From positions 1,102-65,101 of the forward strand of contig JBDTVZ010000003.1 in the NCBI GenBank assembly GCA_040006935.1: a DNA stretch of 64,000 bases. The letters run 5' to 3'. Numbering within the stretch: the first letter of the stretch is position 1; the number at the start of each line of letters is the position of its first letter. The position numbers and the translations under genes were made by a program. This document shows positions 10,171 through 21,115 of this stretch, piece by piece. The notes beneath the pieces were generated by a model. That model saw only the letters and a program-made list of their open reading frames with translations, made no database searches and had not been told where the DNA came from. The stretch comes from Candidatus Dojkabacteria bacterium. Lineage in GTDB: Bacteria > Patescibacteriota > Dojkabacteria > J137.

Positions 10171-11274
10171 TCAAATCTCCTTCAATAAGTTGTTAGTTCT
10201 ACGGACTGACCCTTCACCCTTTGAATAAACCACAGGGTATCCTACTTCTGTATGATAGTCTGTATTACCAACGGAAATACCTCCTCGAATATTTAACATG
10301 GGAGCATCATTACCTATAAAAGTTGTTGTTTGGGGAGTATCTCCAATTTGTATACTTTCAATTCCATCTGTATTTATTCCATATCGGTCGTAGACCGATA
10401 TGATGTAGTCATTAACTAGATCTCTACAAGCTCTCTTATTAACGGAAACATCAACAATATCAATATTAGGTCTACTTGCAGAACCAGCAAAATAAATTCC
10501 CCAAGTTTGAGTTAGGATTCTGAATGCTTGTAGTAGAGTCATCCTATCTATAACTAATACACCTGTTACTTCCAACCACTCATCCTGAAGTGCTTTATTT
10601 TCAAGTATAAGGTTAAAATCTAAGCCAAAATTAACTCTTGTACCCATTGCAGAAATTAATGCAAAATCTCCGATTTTATATTGAGCTTCTGCTATATTTG
10701 TAGGTTCAAAAAATTTATCACCACCTATCCATTGTGGAGTTAAGGTTACTAGTTCTTCTCGAGTTTCCTTAGCTGTAGTTGCTCTTAGAAGATCAGATAC
10801 ATCAGTATCGGAAACATTTTCCCAGAACGATATTGGCAATAAAGTACTATTAATGAATTCTGCTTCAGTAGAAAATAAATCCCAAGAATTTGCTCCGTTA
10901 CAATTAGACATAACAAATATTAAAGGGGTTCTGCCGTCTCTGCAAAGTAATCTTCCAGCTGTATCATAAGATAGTTCCCCTGCTCTCTCTAAAATCTTTT
11001 TTCTAATGTGTTCACCTAGTACAAATGCCGATTTATCTCGCGCTGTGATTATCGAAATTGCTTCTCCATTCAAAGCATCCTCAATTAGGAGTTGAATATT
11101 CTCATTGTCTAAGTCACTTTGTTGAGTTTCATCAAAGCGAAAATCACCATCATACGTAACTCCATGCTCGCTCACAGTATGATCATAATCAAAATGCTTT
11201 ACTCTTGCTCTTGGAATTATAACCTCACGTAATTCCTTCACAACACCATCGACTGGTGAATAAAAATTCGACAT
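10171..11274 (-). CDS. Divergent HAD-superfamily (subfamily II-like) hydrolase
   Basis: FDYDHTV motif I, IITAR motif II, VNK motif III, IGD...GNDAPML motif IV. Confidence 0.65.
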   Translation of the reverse strand: MSNFYSPVDGVVKELREVIIPRARVKHFDYDHTVSEHGVTYDGDFRFDETQQSDLDNENIQLLIEDALNGEAISIITARDKSAFVLGEHIRKKILERAGELSYDTAGRLLCRDGRTPLIFVMSNCNGANSWDLFSTEAEFINSTLLPISFWENVSDTDVSDLLRATTAKETREELVTLTPQWIGGDKFFEPTNIAEAQYKIGDFALISAMGTRVNFGLDFNLILENKALQDEWLEVTGVLVIDRMTLLQAFRILTQTWGIYFAGSASRPNIDIVDVSVNKRACRDLVNDYIISVYDRYGINTDGIESIQIGDTPQTTTFIGNDAPMLNIRGGISVGNTDYHTEVGYPVVYSKGEGSVRRTNNLLKEI

Positions 11275-11338
11275 AAGATTTGTAATGAATAAAAAGTTGG
11301 GGAATTATATCATCCAGGAAGGATATTGCGCAATCAAG

Positions 11339-11447
11339 GCAGGCAGGGGGTGAGGTCCTACCTCCCCGAAAGCACGTTCTCTGCTTGGGAGGTCCATATT
11401 AGATTTGCTTTTCGAATCCCAAGGGACGCAGATCTGCGTAGCCTACA
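11339..11447. repeat. Palindromic repeat, module B with a partial module A
   Basis: GGTGAGGTCCT-ACCTCCC-N20-GGGAGGT-CCATATTAGATTTGC followed by an ACGCAGATCTGCGT palindrome. Confidence 0.75.
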
Positions 11448-11477
11448 CTACACTCCTCTTTTTAATTTTTAATTGTT

Positions 11478-13931
11478 CTAAAACCCCGGGAATCCTCCTC
11501 CAAACATTCCTCCTGGTTTCTTTTCCTCAGTCTTTTCTTTTATGAAAGTTCCTCTTAATTTAATCTCATTCTCAATTAAGTTCTTATCTTTACCGTATTT
11601 CAATCTTGAGATTTGTCTTATTATATCTGGTAAATTTGGATCTGGGCTTGGATCAATCATATCGTATGGAGATTCTCCATACCAAGATCTCACTGTAAAT
11701 GTTGGAGTTGGTTTTCCATCAACTTGAATTTTTGTAAATGCTGTTCCGTTTTCGATTTGTTGTAAATCATTTTCTTCAAAATTTCCGTCTAAAACTTTTC
11801 GAAGGAAAGGCGCATCCTCTTCTCCTATTCTGAATATTGCTTTATTACCAACGTTACCAAAAACAGCATCTCTAATTTTATTATCACCTCCAGTTCTTGT
11901 TAACTGTCCTAAGAACTGGTGAGCAATTGTAAGTCCTAATTTGTACTTTCTGGCCTCAGATAAGATAATTTGAATTCCGTCTGTTAAGAAGTTCTGAAAC
12001 TCGTCGATGTATAAGTAGAAAGGAATTCTATCTTTTTCTGGAATTTCGTCTCTTTCCAAAGCTGCAACTAGAATTTTACCGATTAAAATCATTCCTAGAA
12101 GGTTTGCATTCATATCTCCTATTCTACCTTTTGAAAGCTTTGCGATAAGAATTTTCTTCTTATCCATAATATCTCTAAAGTCTATTGTAGAATTTTGTTG
12201 GGCAACAATTGGTCTTAAATATGCGTTTGTTAAGAATGGTGCAAGTTTAGAAACCACATACGGCACAACATTTTTAAGAGATGCCTCTCCTCCAGCTGCT
12301 TCTGCCTGTTTTCTCCAGAAGTCGATGACCTCTTGGTCTTTACACTTCCCTAATTTATAGTTTCTATAACCATCATCTGCAAAGATTTTTGGGATTTCTA
12401 ATAAAGTTGAACCTGACTCTACATCATCTGTTAAAAGCATAATTCCATATCTGAAATATTGCTCAAACATTGGACCTCCAGTTACTTTAAGGTTGTACAA
12501 AGTATCGAAAATATTCAACATTTCGTTTGTTACTAAGGTTCTCTGCTCTGGATTCCTAAACTCCAACATATTCAAACCTACTGGTCTTTCTAAGTCTGAT
12601 GGATCGAATATTACAACATCTTCAACTCGCTCTGGTGGAACTTGAGCCAAGATTTTTTCTGCATCGCTTCCGTGAGGGTCAATGAATGCACAACCATGCC
12701 CCATCTTAATATCTCTAATCATCATTCCTCCCATAAATCCAGATTTACCCGAACCTGTTTGTCCGATGATGTAGAAATGCCTTAAACGTGCATCTGGTTT
12801 TAGAAAAATTTCTTTTTCCTGTCCTCTAAAGGAATTTTTCCCAACATACATAAAATCCGTATCAAAATGACTAGTAGCGAAATCAGGGGCTGGAGCTTTC
12901 TTTGATAAAAGCCATTTGATGTGAGGGGCTTGAACATTTTTATTTGGATAGTGAAAAACCGTTGCAAGTTCTGCAGTATTCAAAATCATTGAGCCTCTAG
13001 GGATTCTGTAAATGAAGTCACTAGATATGGTTTTTACTACATCACCTTTTAATTTTTTAAATTTATTTCCTCCGATTTTACCGTATTGATCAAACGAACT
13101 CATAATATTCGTTAGGTGTGATTCTCCTGAGAATTTATCTGGAGAAACTACAACGACTCTAATATCAGCATGGAAACCATTTTTATCTGCTTTCTTTTCA
13201 ATAAGTTGTAAAGTTTCGTCTGGGACTTTTTGTTTCGGTGTTACAGCTGGCTTACCTTCTGCAGCTTCTTTTGGTTTTGCATCATCCCTAATTTTTTTAA
13301 CATAATCCTTAGAGTTTTTAATCCATTCCCCGCCTGCTGGTGAAATGACCAATTGAAGTGCGGCTGCTTCTCCATCACCTAACTTACTGAAAATGTCTGT
13401 GATTATAGCCATAGTATCCACTGGAAGCTCCTCGTAAGTTTGTATGGGAATTTTAGTATCTTTATCGAGCCCTATTGCTGCGTAGGTGACCTTTGCATGG
13501 TCCGGGAATAAGTTATACTCCTTAACTCTTGTAATCTCCGCTGTAGGATATGCTCCATTAATCTGCCTGTCTATTACGGACGCAATTTTTTTAGGACAAA
13601 CAACATAAAATCTAATACTCTCTTTAAATGCTACAACTTCAAAACTTACAAAAGTTCGAGCACCTATAAATGCTTTAATTCCTGTTAAGCTTTCGCTAAA
13701 GCCAAGAAGACCGAGGAACATTTGCTCCGCTGCCTTGATTTCGACATCGTTTGTTTTAGGTAATCGAATTTCGTAAAACACAAGGTTCAAAGATTTTCTC
13801 ATTAGAACAGCTTCTTTGAAATCTTGCAGAAGTCGTCTGAAAACAAATACAAGCACTACAAAAACTAAAATTGCTAAAGCAAATCCGGTAATGAGAATTA
13901 GAAATGTGTTTTGAGTGTTGTTATCCAACAT
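11478..13931 (-). CDS. VirD4/TrwB/TraG-like type IV coupling ATPase with N-terminal TM helix
   Basis: RHFYIIGQTGSGKS, FIDPHG, YIDEFQNF, SEARKYKLGLTIAHQ. Confidence 0.88.
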   Translation of the reverse strand: MLDNNTQNTFLILITGFALAILVFVVLVFVFRRLLQDFKEAVLMRKSLNLVFYEIRLPKTNDVEIKAAEQMFLGLLGFSESLTGIKAFIGARTFVSFEVVAFKESIRFYVVCPKKIASVIDRQINGAYPTAEITRVKEYNLFPDHAKVTYAAIGLDKDTKIPIQTYEELPVDTMAIITDIFSKLGDGEAAALQLVISPAGGEWIKNSKDYVKKIRDDAKPKEAAEGKPAVTPKQKVPDETLQLIEKKADKNGFHADIRVVVVSPDKFSGESHLTNIMSSFDQYGKIGGNKFKKLKGDVVKTISSDFIYRIPRGSMILNTAELATVFHYPNKNVQAPHIKWLLSKKAPAPDFATSHFDTDFMYVGKNSFRGQEKEIFLKPDARLRHFYIIGQTGSGKSGFMGGMMIRDIKMGHGCAFIDPHGSDAEKILAQVPPERVEDVVIFDPSDLERPVGLNMLEFRNPEQRTLVTNEMLNIFDTLYNLKVTGGPMFEQYFRYGIMLLTDDVESGSTLLEIPKIFADDGYRNYKLGKCKDQEVIDFWRKQAEAAGGEASLKNVVPYVVSKLAPFLTNAYLRPIVAQQNSTIDFRDIMDKKKILIAKLSKGRIGDMNANLLGMILIGKILVAALERDEIPEKDRIPFYLYIDEFQNFLTDGIQIILSEARKYKLGLTIAHQFLGQLTRTGGDNKIRDAVFGNVGNKAIFRIGEEDAPFLRKVLDGNFEENDLQQIENGTAFTKIQVDGKPTPTFTVRSWYGESPYDMIDPSPDPNLPDIIRQISRLKYGKDKNLIENEIKLRGTFIKEKTEEKKPGGMFGGGFPGF

Positions 13932-13950
13932 AATAATTTATAATTGAATA

Positions 13951-14511
13951 TTACTTTTCTGCCAATTCTTTAATAAACTTATCCCATAGAACGCTTAGCC
14001 ACCTTTCGGAGGATTTATCATCTTTCTGTGCATTGGCTGCTATGAATTTTTGAGCTTTATTAACATCTGTAGGATCAAAAACTTTAGGATAAAACCCATC
14101 TCCAAAAGGAATATCAATTTTAGGTTCTATAACAGCTTGCTTAGGAGCAATGTTTCTTACTGCTAAATCAGAGGGGGCAGCAGGAGTTGAAACTTCTTTT
14201 GATTTTTCAACTTGCTTTTCTATTTCAAATTTTTTTTCTAAATTAGCATCAAGTTGCTTAAAAGAACTATCTGGCATTGCAGGCATCACTGGCATTGATT
14301 CTACTCCACTCGATGCTTTAGATGGGTCTATCAATTTTGTTTTTACGAAGTTATAAGCTACGTTCAAAAGGACAACTTGACCATTAGGTGCAATTACCAA
14401 AGGTTCTTTAGTTTCGCTAAGTCCAAAAAATTTAAATTCAAATTTTTCAACAGTCTTTAAAATTTCTAAGATTTTTGGATCTGTTATAGATTGAAGTGCA
14501 GTTTGATTCAT
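13951..14511 (-). CDS. Hypothetical protein
   Basis: 186-aa ORF co-oriented with and directly upstream of the VirD4-like gene. Confidence 0.6.
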   Translation of the reverse strand: MNQTALQSITDPKILEILKTVEKFEFKFFGLSETKEPLVIAPNGQVVLLNVAYNFVKTKLIDPSKASSGVESMPVMPAMPDSSFKQLDANLEKKFEIEKQVEKSKEVSTPAAPSDLAVRNIAPKQAVIEPKIDIPFGDGFYPKVFDPTDVNKAQKFIAANAQKDDKSSERWLSVLWDKFIKELAEK

Positions 14512-14563
14512 AAGTCGTAAATACTTTAAAACAAATACATTCTATCATCTATTTATGATTATT

Positions 14564-15016
14564 TTATCTATATTTTTTCATATCTTGCTCTATGATTCTC
14601 TTCTGTTCTCTCTCTTTTATCTTTTGTCTTTTTTCGTATTTCTTTTTACCTTTTACTAATCCAATTTCTAATTTAATTAAACCTCTGTCATTTGTATATA
14701 CTTGAAGAGGAACAACTGTGGTCCCAGCTGTTTTTAAATTTTCAATTAATTTTCTAATTTGATTTTTTTGAAGCAATAACTTTCTCTCCCTCAGTTCCAA
14801 AAGTTTATCTTGGATGAAAGAAGAAGCTAAAAGTCCAATTCTAGAACCCATTAGAAATAATTCACCATTTCTCTCTCTTATAAAAGCATTTGTAATATTT
14901 GAATTCCCGTTTTTTAAAGATTTAACTTCCCAACCAAATAAAACTATTCCAGCTTCAATCTTATCGATAACCTCATAGTTAAAGTATGCTTTTTTGTTAT
15001 TAATCAGAATTTTCAT
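14564..15016 (-). CDS. smpB: SsrA-binding protein
   Basis: NKKAYFNY, EAGIVLFGWEVKSL, RERKLLL, GKKKYEKR; start moved to the ATG at 15016, just downstream of TATAAT. Confidence 0.96.
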   Translation of the reverse strand: MKILINNKKAYFNYEVIDKIEAGIVLFGWEVKSLKNGNSNITNAFIRERNGELFLMGSRIGLLASSFIQDKLLELRERKLLLQKNQIRKLIENLKTAGTTVVPLQVYTNDRGLIKLEIGLVKGKKKYEKRQKIKEREQKRIIEQDMKKYR

Positions 15017-15087
15017 ATTAGGATTATACAGCCAATACAAAAAAAACTGCACATTTCTGTGCAGTTTAACTTCATTTTATATTTCAA

Positions 15088-15828
15088 TTATCTTCTTAAT
15101 GATTCACTCGTACTGATAATAGATTGTAACTGAGAGACGATATCTTCTAGCTTCCCTCTTTCGAAATCACTTAAATTTTCTCTATTCTCTTCAATTGCAT
15201 TTTCTAAAAAATTAAGAGCATTTTCAACATAAGCCATATGCTTAATAACACCAAACCTACCACTATTCATCTCAATAAGTGATTGTATCCTCCTATCAAA
15301 AACAGCTTTTCTACCAAACATATTCAGAAGGTCTTGATTAGAATCTCCTGTTAAATTCTCAACTTCTCTTATATCTGATGCTTCAGCACCAAATTCATTT
15401 GAATATGAAGCTTTCTTTTCATCAAAAAATTCTTTTGCCCTATCACTTCCTGCAAAGAAACCTTGAGTAAAAAGAGGCGTAAGTAAAATTGCAGATGTAT
15501 CGACCACCACCTCGCTTAAAGTGTCATTTGAATTACGAATAATACTTTGCATCTCTAACTGAAGAGTATCTAATTTTTCATTAAAGTCTTGCACAGCTGT
15601 ATTTAGACTAATCACCCTTGAATCAAACAAATCTGGATTCATTGAATCATCATAAGGCATAAATTCTTGACTTAAGACTCCCATTAAAACAACTGATTTT
15701 TGATAAGCTTTATAGAGCTGTACCAATTGCTCATCTGGAGTACCTTCAAGATTCTCAAATTTTCTTATTAAAACTCCCGCTTCTTCTAAAGTTGGGCTTC
15801 TTAACGACTCTTCTACTGGCAAATTCAT
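15088..15828 (-). CDS. Hypothetical alpha-helical protein
   Basis: 246-aa ORF with no recognised motif. Confidence 0.55.
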   Translation of the reverse strand: MNLPVEESLRSPTLEEAGVLIRKFENLEGTPDEQLVQLYKAYQKSVVLMGVLSQEFMPYDDSMNPDLFDSRVISLNTAVQDFNEKLDTLQLEMQSIIRNSNDTLSEVVVDTSAILLTPLFTQGFFAGSDRAKEFFDEKKASYSNEFGAEASDIREVENLTGDSNQDLLNMFGRKAVFDRRIQSLIEMNSGRFGVIKHMAYVENALNFLENAIEENRENLSDFERGKLEDIVSQLQSIISTSESLRR

Positions 15829-15880
15829 AAGGTAAATTTATAAATAATTAATTGATATTATAGCATTTCACCTTAGTGTC

Positions 15881-18397
15881 TTACAAATCCAATCTAATTA
15901 CTTTAGTCCCATCTAGTACATAAATTGCACTTTCAGATTGGACTACAACAACTTCATCCAAGTCACTGAAGGTTGTCGAATCACTTCCTCTATAATCGTA
16001 TTGTTTAACGAAGTTTATTTTTGCATCGTCAGAATCATCATATTTGAATAATAGAACTCTTCTATTAACCGGATCTCCGACTACAAGATTATTATCTGCA
16101 ACATCTATTGAACTGGCACCTTTTAATGCCTCAAAGTCTGTGTTTAGTAAATTAGTAAATGAGTCAGCAGTCAAAGTATTATCTCCTCCAGCTAAGTATC
16201 TTTTAATTCCTTGAGTTTTTATTAATACCCAAATATCTCTTGGAACGGAAATATCCAAGGCATTTGCAAAATCTGGATCATCTTTCCAATCTGTTTCTGG
16301 ATCTGTTGAAGGTGCTGCTCCTCCAGCAACATAGCCATCATCTTGTGCATTTCTTCTAAATATTTGCCTACTTGTTTGTCTAACTTCGTATAAAGCATTG
16401 TTACCATCATATAGAGCTGCCTCCATTGGCTTTCCTACGCTTGCTGGTGTAAGACCTGCAAATCTTTTTAATGTTGGATCTCCTCCAATGCTAAATTTAC
16501 CTACTGAGCTAGTAGCATCATTATCGTAAAAGATAATATCCCCATCTACATTCCTCACCAATAAGAAAGGTTGTGTTAATCCAGTTGCATATGCTTGTGG
16601 TTGAGCATTAAGGGCATTTGAAGCTACTTTGTAAACAACTCCCCTGGCAGAATCGCTTATGTAAAGATTTCCATTAGAATATACAATGTCCGAAAGTGTA
16701 GCATCCGGGAAATTCTTACCTACATCTGTAACTATCTTTGGGTCTATAACTGCAGTAACTAGCAGAAGATCATCCTGTCTGGACTGAACTTGTTTAGATA
16801 AGTTGTCTAACTCTGTAGTAAATAACCCGGCTCTTTGTTGTAATGAAATATCACTTGTAAGCTTTTGTAATTCATTCAAAAGTAGAGTTTTTTTCTCTTG
16901 ACCTTCGTTTTTAGCCTGAAGAATTTGTGGGGTCAAAGTATCTAAACGATTTCTTAGGTTTGTTAGTTGAGTACTGGCAGTATTAATTTTTTCTTGTTTT
17001 TGCCTAGCATCATCTGCATTTTTTATTCCAACATAAATTAATACAAGTAATACGACGACGACAACTGCCAAAATAATTCGATTTCTCCTTCTTCTTTTAG
17101 CTTTTACCACTCTATCTCTCCTATCATCCGTGCCTATAATCTCTCGTTTAAATAGTTCTAATAATTGATCTAGAACGGATTTAATTCTACTACCAATGTT
17201 TTTTAAGATTTTTGCATATGTTTTATTATTACTCTTTAAAGCTGGCACTACTTTATTTTGAAAAATACTTGAGGCTTTATTTTTAGCTAAATTAGCTTTA
17301 TTAGCTATATTTGTCATTGTTGTAGCTTCTTTAACAACTTCATAATTATTCTCATCGTCTTCAAGAACATAGTTAGTAAACTTCTTATCTTCCATAGGTT
17401 CAAGATCATCTTGGATAGTGAATGTTTCACTCTGAGAAGTTATTCCTTGTGGTTGTCGAAAATTTTTAACTTTTGTAAAAGCTTGTGAAACTAAGGCTGA
17501 AGATTTGATTTTCAGATTACTACCTACTTCCTTTACTTTATTTAAATACTTTGTTGCAGTATTTTCAGGAGCTACATAAATACTTTCATCTTGTTCGGGT
17601 TGAATCGTTGCCGCAGGCGATATATCTTCTTCCACTAAGTGATCTAGGCTTTTATCTACTTTTGGGAGTTGAGCTTCTGCATCTTCAATTGTTTCAACTG
17701 TAAGTTCTTTATCTACCATTGCGGTCTCTTCCTTTGGCATTTCTGTTTGTGGAATAAACCACTCTGCTTTTTCATCTGCTAATATTAAGAATGCAGCTCC
17801 TGTTATGGTTTCTAATTCTTTTAATTTAGAAATATTAAGTTCTTCTAATGTTTCTTGAATAATAAACTCGCCTTTTTCTATAGATTTTGAAGTACCTAAA
17901 CACAGTCTATCTTCCTCTTTTAACTCAACACTTCCAGTTTTAAAGAACCCGAGCATATTAGAATCTACTAGGCCTTTAGAAAGCTCTACAAACTTATTTG
18001 CTCTTTTAATAAAAATCTTGCTCTCGCCTACAACGGCTAGATAAGCAATATTATTTTCGACTACTACAATTGCCATTTCTATGTCTAAACCCTCTTCCGA
18101 AAGACTAGGCTCACGAGACAAAACGTACTCCATCTTGGATTTCATTTTCCAGACAGAATCTTCTAATTTCTCAATATTATCTGTAAATTCTTTTTTTGGA
18201 TTAAAGTAAGTGCCTTGAAGCTCATCTAGAAGAATTTTAGCTATATTCTCAAGACTATATTCGTCTTTCTCTACTGCTATTCTCACTGTTACGAACATTT
18301 CTGCATTAGAAGAGGTATCGTCAGGTCTATATCCATAGACGCCAGACCACTCATTCTCTTTCAATTTTCCAATAAGGTATTCTGCTTTTAATGTCAT
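15881..18397 (-). CDS. Large single-pass membrane protein: PP2C-like N-domain, coiled coil, probable beta-propeller C-domain
   Basis: AYLAVVGESKIFIKR and EDRLCLGT resemble the PPM fold; basic stretch then TM helix; repeated LYISDS/IYVLDG blades. Confidence 0.6.
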   Translation of the reverse strand: MTLKAEYLIGKLKENEWSGVYGYRPDDTSSNAEMFVTVRIAVEKDEYSLENIAKILLDELQGTYFNPKKEFTDNIEKLEDSVWKMKSKMEYVLSREPSLSEEGLDIEMAIVVVENNIAYLAVVGESKIFIKRANKFVELSKGLVDSNMLGFFKTGSVELKEEDRLCLGTSKSIEKGEFIIQETLEELNISKLKELETITGAAFLILADEKAEWFIPQTEMPKEETAMVDKELTVETIEDAEAQLPKVDKSLDHLVEEDISPAATIQPEQDESIYVAPENTATKYLNKVKEVGSNLKIKSSALVSQAFTKVKNFRQPQGITSQSETFTIQDDLEPMEDKKFTNYVLEDDENNYEVVKEATTMTNIANKANLAKNKASSIFQNKVVPALKSNNKTYAKILKNIGSRIKSVLDQLLELFKREIIGTDDRRDRVVKAKRRRRNRIILAVVVVVLLVLIYVGIKNADDARQKQEKINTASTQLTNLRNRLDTLTPQILQAKNEGQEKKTLLLNELQKLTSDISLQQRAGLFTTELDNLSKQVQSRQDDLLLVTAVIDPKIVTDVGKNFPDATLSDIVYSNGNLYISDSARGVVYKVASNALNAQPQAYATGLTQPFLLVRNVDGDIIFYDNDATSSVGKFSIGGDPTLKRFAGLTPASVGKPMEAALYDGNNALYEVRQTSRQIFRRNAQDDGYVAGGAAPSTDPETDWKDDPDFANALDISVPRDIWVLIKTQGIKRYLAGGDNTLTADSFTNLLNTDFEALKGASSIDVADNNLVVGDPVNRRVLLFKYDDSDDAKINFVKQYDYRGSDSTTFSDLDEVVVVQSESAIYVLDGTKVIRLDL

Positions 18398-18475
18398 GCA
18401 ATAGTGCTAAAAATAGGTACGCTTATACAGTATATAATCATTATCCTTCAATTTGAAGTAGTATTTAAAAAGTTT

Positions 18476-18718
18476 TTATCCAATCGGAAGTATTATTATA
18501 AAAATCAACACACTGGCCAGAACGATAGTGTACACCAAGGCTACAAAATTCAGAAAGAATTTATCCGGTGTTTTTATAATATTATTCATCCTCAACATTT
18601 GCCTGACTAATATTAAACCGGCGAGTAAGTGGACAAGTGCAAATACTATTGCAGCTATACGGACTATTTGGATTGCGGAAGAATTAAAATTAAGCTCCAT
18701 CTCTAAAAGTTCTAGCAA
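18476..18718 (-). CDS. Small two-TM membrane protein
   Basis: Two hydrophobic helices; overlaps the end of the upstream ORF. Confidence 0.6.
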   Translation of the reverse strand: MLELLEMELNFNSSAIQIVRIAAIVFALVHLLAGLILVRQMLRMNNIIKTPDKFFLNFVALVYTIVLASVLIFIIILPIG

Positions 18719-19364
18719 TTCTTGCTAGGTCTGAAATAATATCTCTAACTCTTGTAGGGTTAGCAATAAAGAAAAAATGAATTGTACCGTTACTATTTTC
18801 TGTTGTTATATCTACATTACCATAATTAAAGAAACTTGAAAGTACTCCAGGTGAATTTTGTTTTACACTTTCAATATTTTCTAAAGGAATTTCGTCTACA
18901 GAATAAGATGCGAAAGTTTTTAGATTAAAGTCCAATACCCTCTCATTTGTAACTATATATGTGTCGAAATACCAGTCAATGAAGTTTTTAAATGCGTTTG
19001 TAAATATGAATGAATAATATGCAAGTATAATTACAATGTAGAGCCTTAAACTTAACTCAGGGAGTAAAGGACTGAAAATGTTAAATACGACTGCAAATAT
19101 TATTGGAATTAAAGAATAGAAGATCGTCGAAACAATCCAACCAAAATTCCTTAACCAATGCCTCCTTGCTAAAATATAAATTCTTTCGTCAGGGTTTTGA
19201 CCATCAAATTTTGCTAAAGGTTTTAATTGAATGCTACTAAATCCCCAGCCTTTTTTTTGAGGTACAACACTTTCCATTTCTTGCCTCAAAGCTTGTTTCA
19301 TTTGAGCTCTAAGACTAGTTCTGTCTTCTGAAGAGAAAGTGGATGTTGTAGGTATGTTTGACAT
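18690..19364 (-). CDS. Membrane protein with a bacterial PH domain
   Basis: RRHW, two TM helices, YIVTNERVL...FNYGNVDITT. Confidence 0.75.
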   Translation of the reverse strand: MSNIPTTSTFSSEDRTSLRAQMKQALRQEMESVVPQKKGWGFSSIQLKPLAKFDGQNPDERIYILARRHWLRNFGWIVSTIFYSLIPIIFAVVFNIFSPLLPELSLRLYIVIILAYYSFIFTNAFKNFIDWYFDTYIVTNERVLDFNLKTFASYSVDEIPLENIESVKQNSPGVLSSFFNYGNVDITTENSNGTIHFFFIANPTRVRDIISDLARIARTFRDGA

Positions 19365-21115
19365 TACTGGACTTCTAAATAAAATGTTTGACTATAAATA
19401 TAATCATATGTTCCCATATCCGATGCCCAAGAGTTCCAAAGGTTTTTAAACCACCAACCTCCTAAAGATCTTGAACCTCCATTTGGCCCTGTAAACCAAA
19501 CTTTTTTAACTCTTTGAGATGGATCTCTTTCAAATGAAATTGATGAGATACTACCTCCGATATCACTGATTATAGAATTTAAATAAGACTTTGTCGAATT
19601 GTCGTAATAGTTTGTTGAAGCATTGTATAAAATCATACTTTTTACTCCATCCAAGTTATGCTGATTTGTTGTTGCTTGCCAATATGTATAATAAGTTGCT
19701 GTTGCTAAACCTGTATCATTTACTGATCTTAAATAAGGCAGAGCTGCTCCATCACCTTGTAAGTTCTGAAATATTGTATCGTTATTTGCAGTACCATTCC
19801 CTTGGCTATTATCTGCTGAGTAAAGTGCTTGAATTATAGAACCTCCGTAAGTTAATACTTGACCTCTAGTCTCATCCGCTGCCCATTGAGCATAATGTGT
19901 ACCATTATAAACTTGAGATCTCGCATCTGAATGGAGGAATCCAGCATTATAAATACCATAAGTTCTAAATGCTACAGCTTGTGCCTTAATAGCCTCTTCG
20001 GGCCAACAGCTCCAACCAGATCCATTATCTAAAGCATATTTAGCAGGATTTTGATTTACTTGGTCTTGGTTTCCGCAAGCTCGTCCAGGAACTTCGCCCT
20101 CGCCTGCAACATAATCTTCAATGTTGATAGAACCATATCCTTCAACATTCACAGCACTATTCTCGTAACCACCGACTACATTAACTCCTGTGTAATAGAA
20201 TCTAAGTATATCTTGATATCCATAGCCTCTCGAACCCATCCCATGTGCTCCCCATTGGCTCATTCCAACTCCGTGACCTTGATATAAATCTCTACCTTGG
20301 CTTCTAAATATAAATCCGCCATTTACTGGAATAGAAGGAGTTACTTGTGGCGGTGGATTGGCAAGGATTTGATCTTCCCTTTGCCTTGCTGCTTGTTGTG
20401 CTGCTTCTAATCCATCAATATTCTGTTGAATATTTTGAATTGATGCACCCAGACTATTAGCTTCTGCACTTCCTGAAGCTAATGCACCATTGTAATACGC
20501 AATACGATCTTCTAATTCTTTTTTCTTACTGGCAAGAGTTACTTTTAAATCTTCTAATTCTTTTATTTTACTATCGTAACTATCTATATCTGTAGAGAGT
20601 TTTTTTAAGTCAGATGCTATTGAAAAAATATTTCTTTGCTGTGCACCTGTTAGACTACTTGAATATTGCTCTATTTTTTTATAATCGAATTCTGTATTTA
20701 TAAATTGACCTAAGTCTAATCTGTTACCGCGCCAATCCATATAGGAAGTCTTCAGTGTTTCCTGTTGATCTATTTGCCTTTGCTGCCTTTCTAATTCTTT
20801 AAGTTTTTTACCTTGCTTAGCCACATCAAGCTCAAGTGTTTTTGCTTTAATTTCGGACTCATTTTGTTCTAACTCTGCCTGTAATTTAGGTAATTCTCCA
20901 GTAGTGGCATCAATAGTTGCTTGATAGTCCTTAAGCGTACTTTGAAGTTGGGCTAAATCATTTTGTGACTGAGTTAGTTGTTCTTGTTGTGCTGCAATAT
21001 CGTCTGCAATTTCCTGCGAAGTTTGTGCAAACGAAATAGGACTGATTGCAAATATGGTAATTGCGAAGAAAGCTCCTACAATAGTCACTTTTGTTTTAAT
21101 ATTTCTAATTTTCAT
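19364..21115 (-). CDS. Secreted coiled-coil SpoIID/LytB-domain peptidoglycan lytic enzyme
   Basis: Signal peptide, long coiled coil, GHGVGMSQWGA, IEDYVAGEGE, AIKAQAVAFRTY, SQVY. Confidence 0.85.
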   Translation of the reverse strand: MKIRNIKTKVTIVGAFFAITIFAISPISFAQTSQEIADDIAAQQEQLTQSQNDLAQLQSTLKDYQATIDATTGELPKLQAELEQNESEIKAKTLELDVAKQGKKLKELERQQRQIDQQETLKTSYMDWRGNRLDLGQFINTEFDYKKIEQYSSSLTGAQQRNIFSIASDLKKLSTDIDSYDSKIKELEDLKVTLASKKKELEDRIAYYNGALASGSAEANSLGASIQNIQQNIDGLEAAQQAARQREDQILANPPPQVTPSIPVNGGFIFRSQGRDLYQGHGVGMSQWGAHGMGSRGYGYQDILRFYYTGVNVVGGYENSAVNVEGYGSINIEDYVAGEGEVPGRACGNQDQVNQNPAKYALDNGSGWSCWPEEAIKAQAVAFRTYGIYNAGFLHSDARSQVYNGTHYAQWAADETRGQVLTYGGSIIQALYSADNSQGNGTANNDTIFQNLQGDGAALPYLRSVNDTGLATATYYTYWQATTNQHNLDGVKSMILYNASTNYYDNSTKSYLNSIISDIGGSISSISFERDPSQRVKKVWFTGPNGGSRSLGGWWFKNLWNSWASDMGTYDYIYSQTFYLEVQ

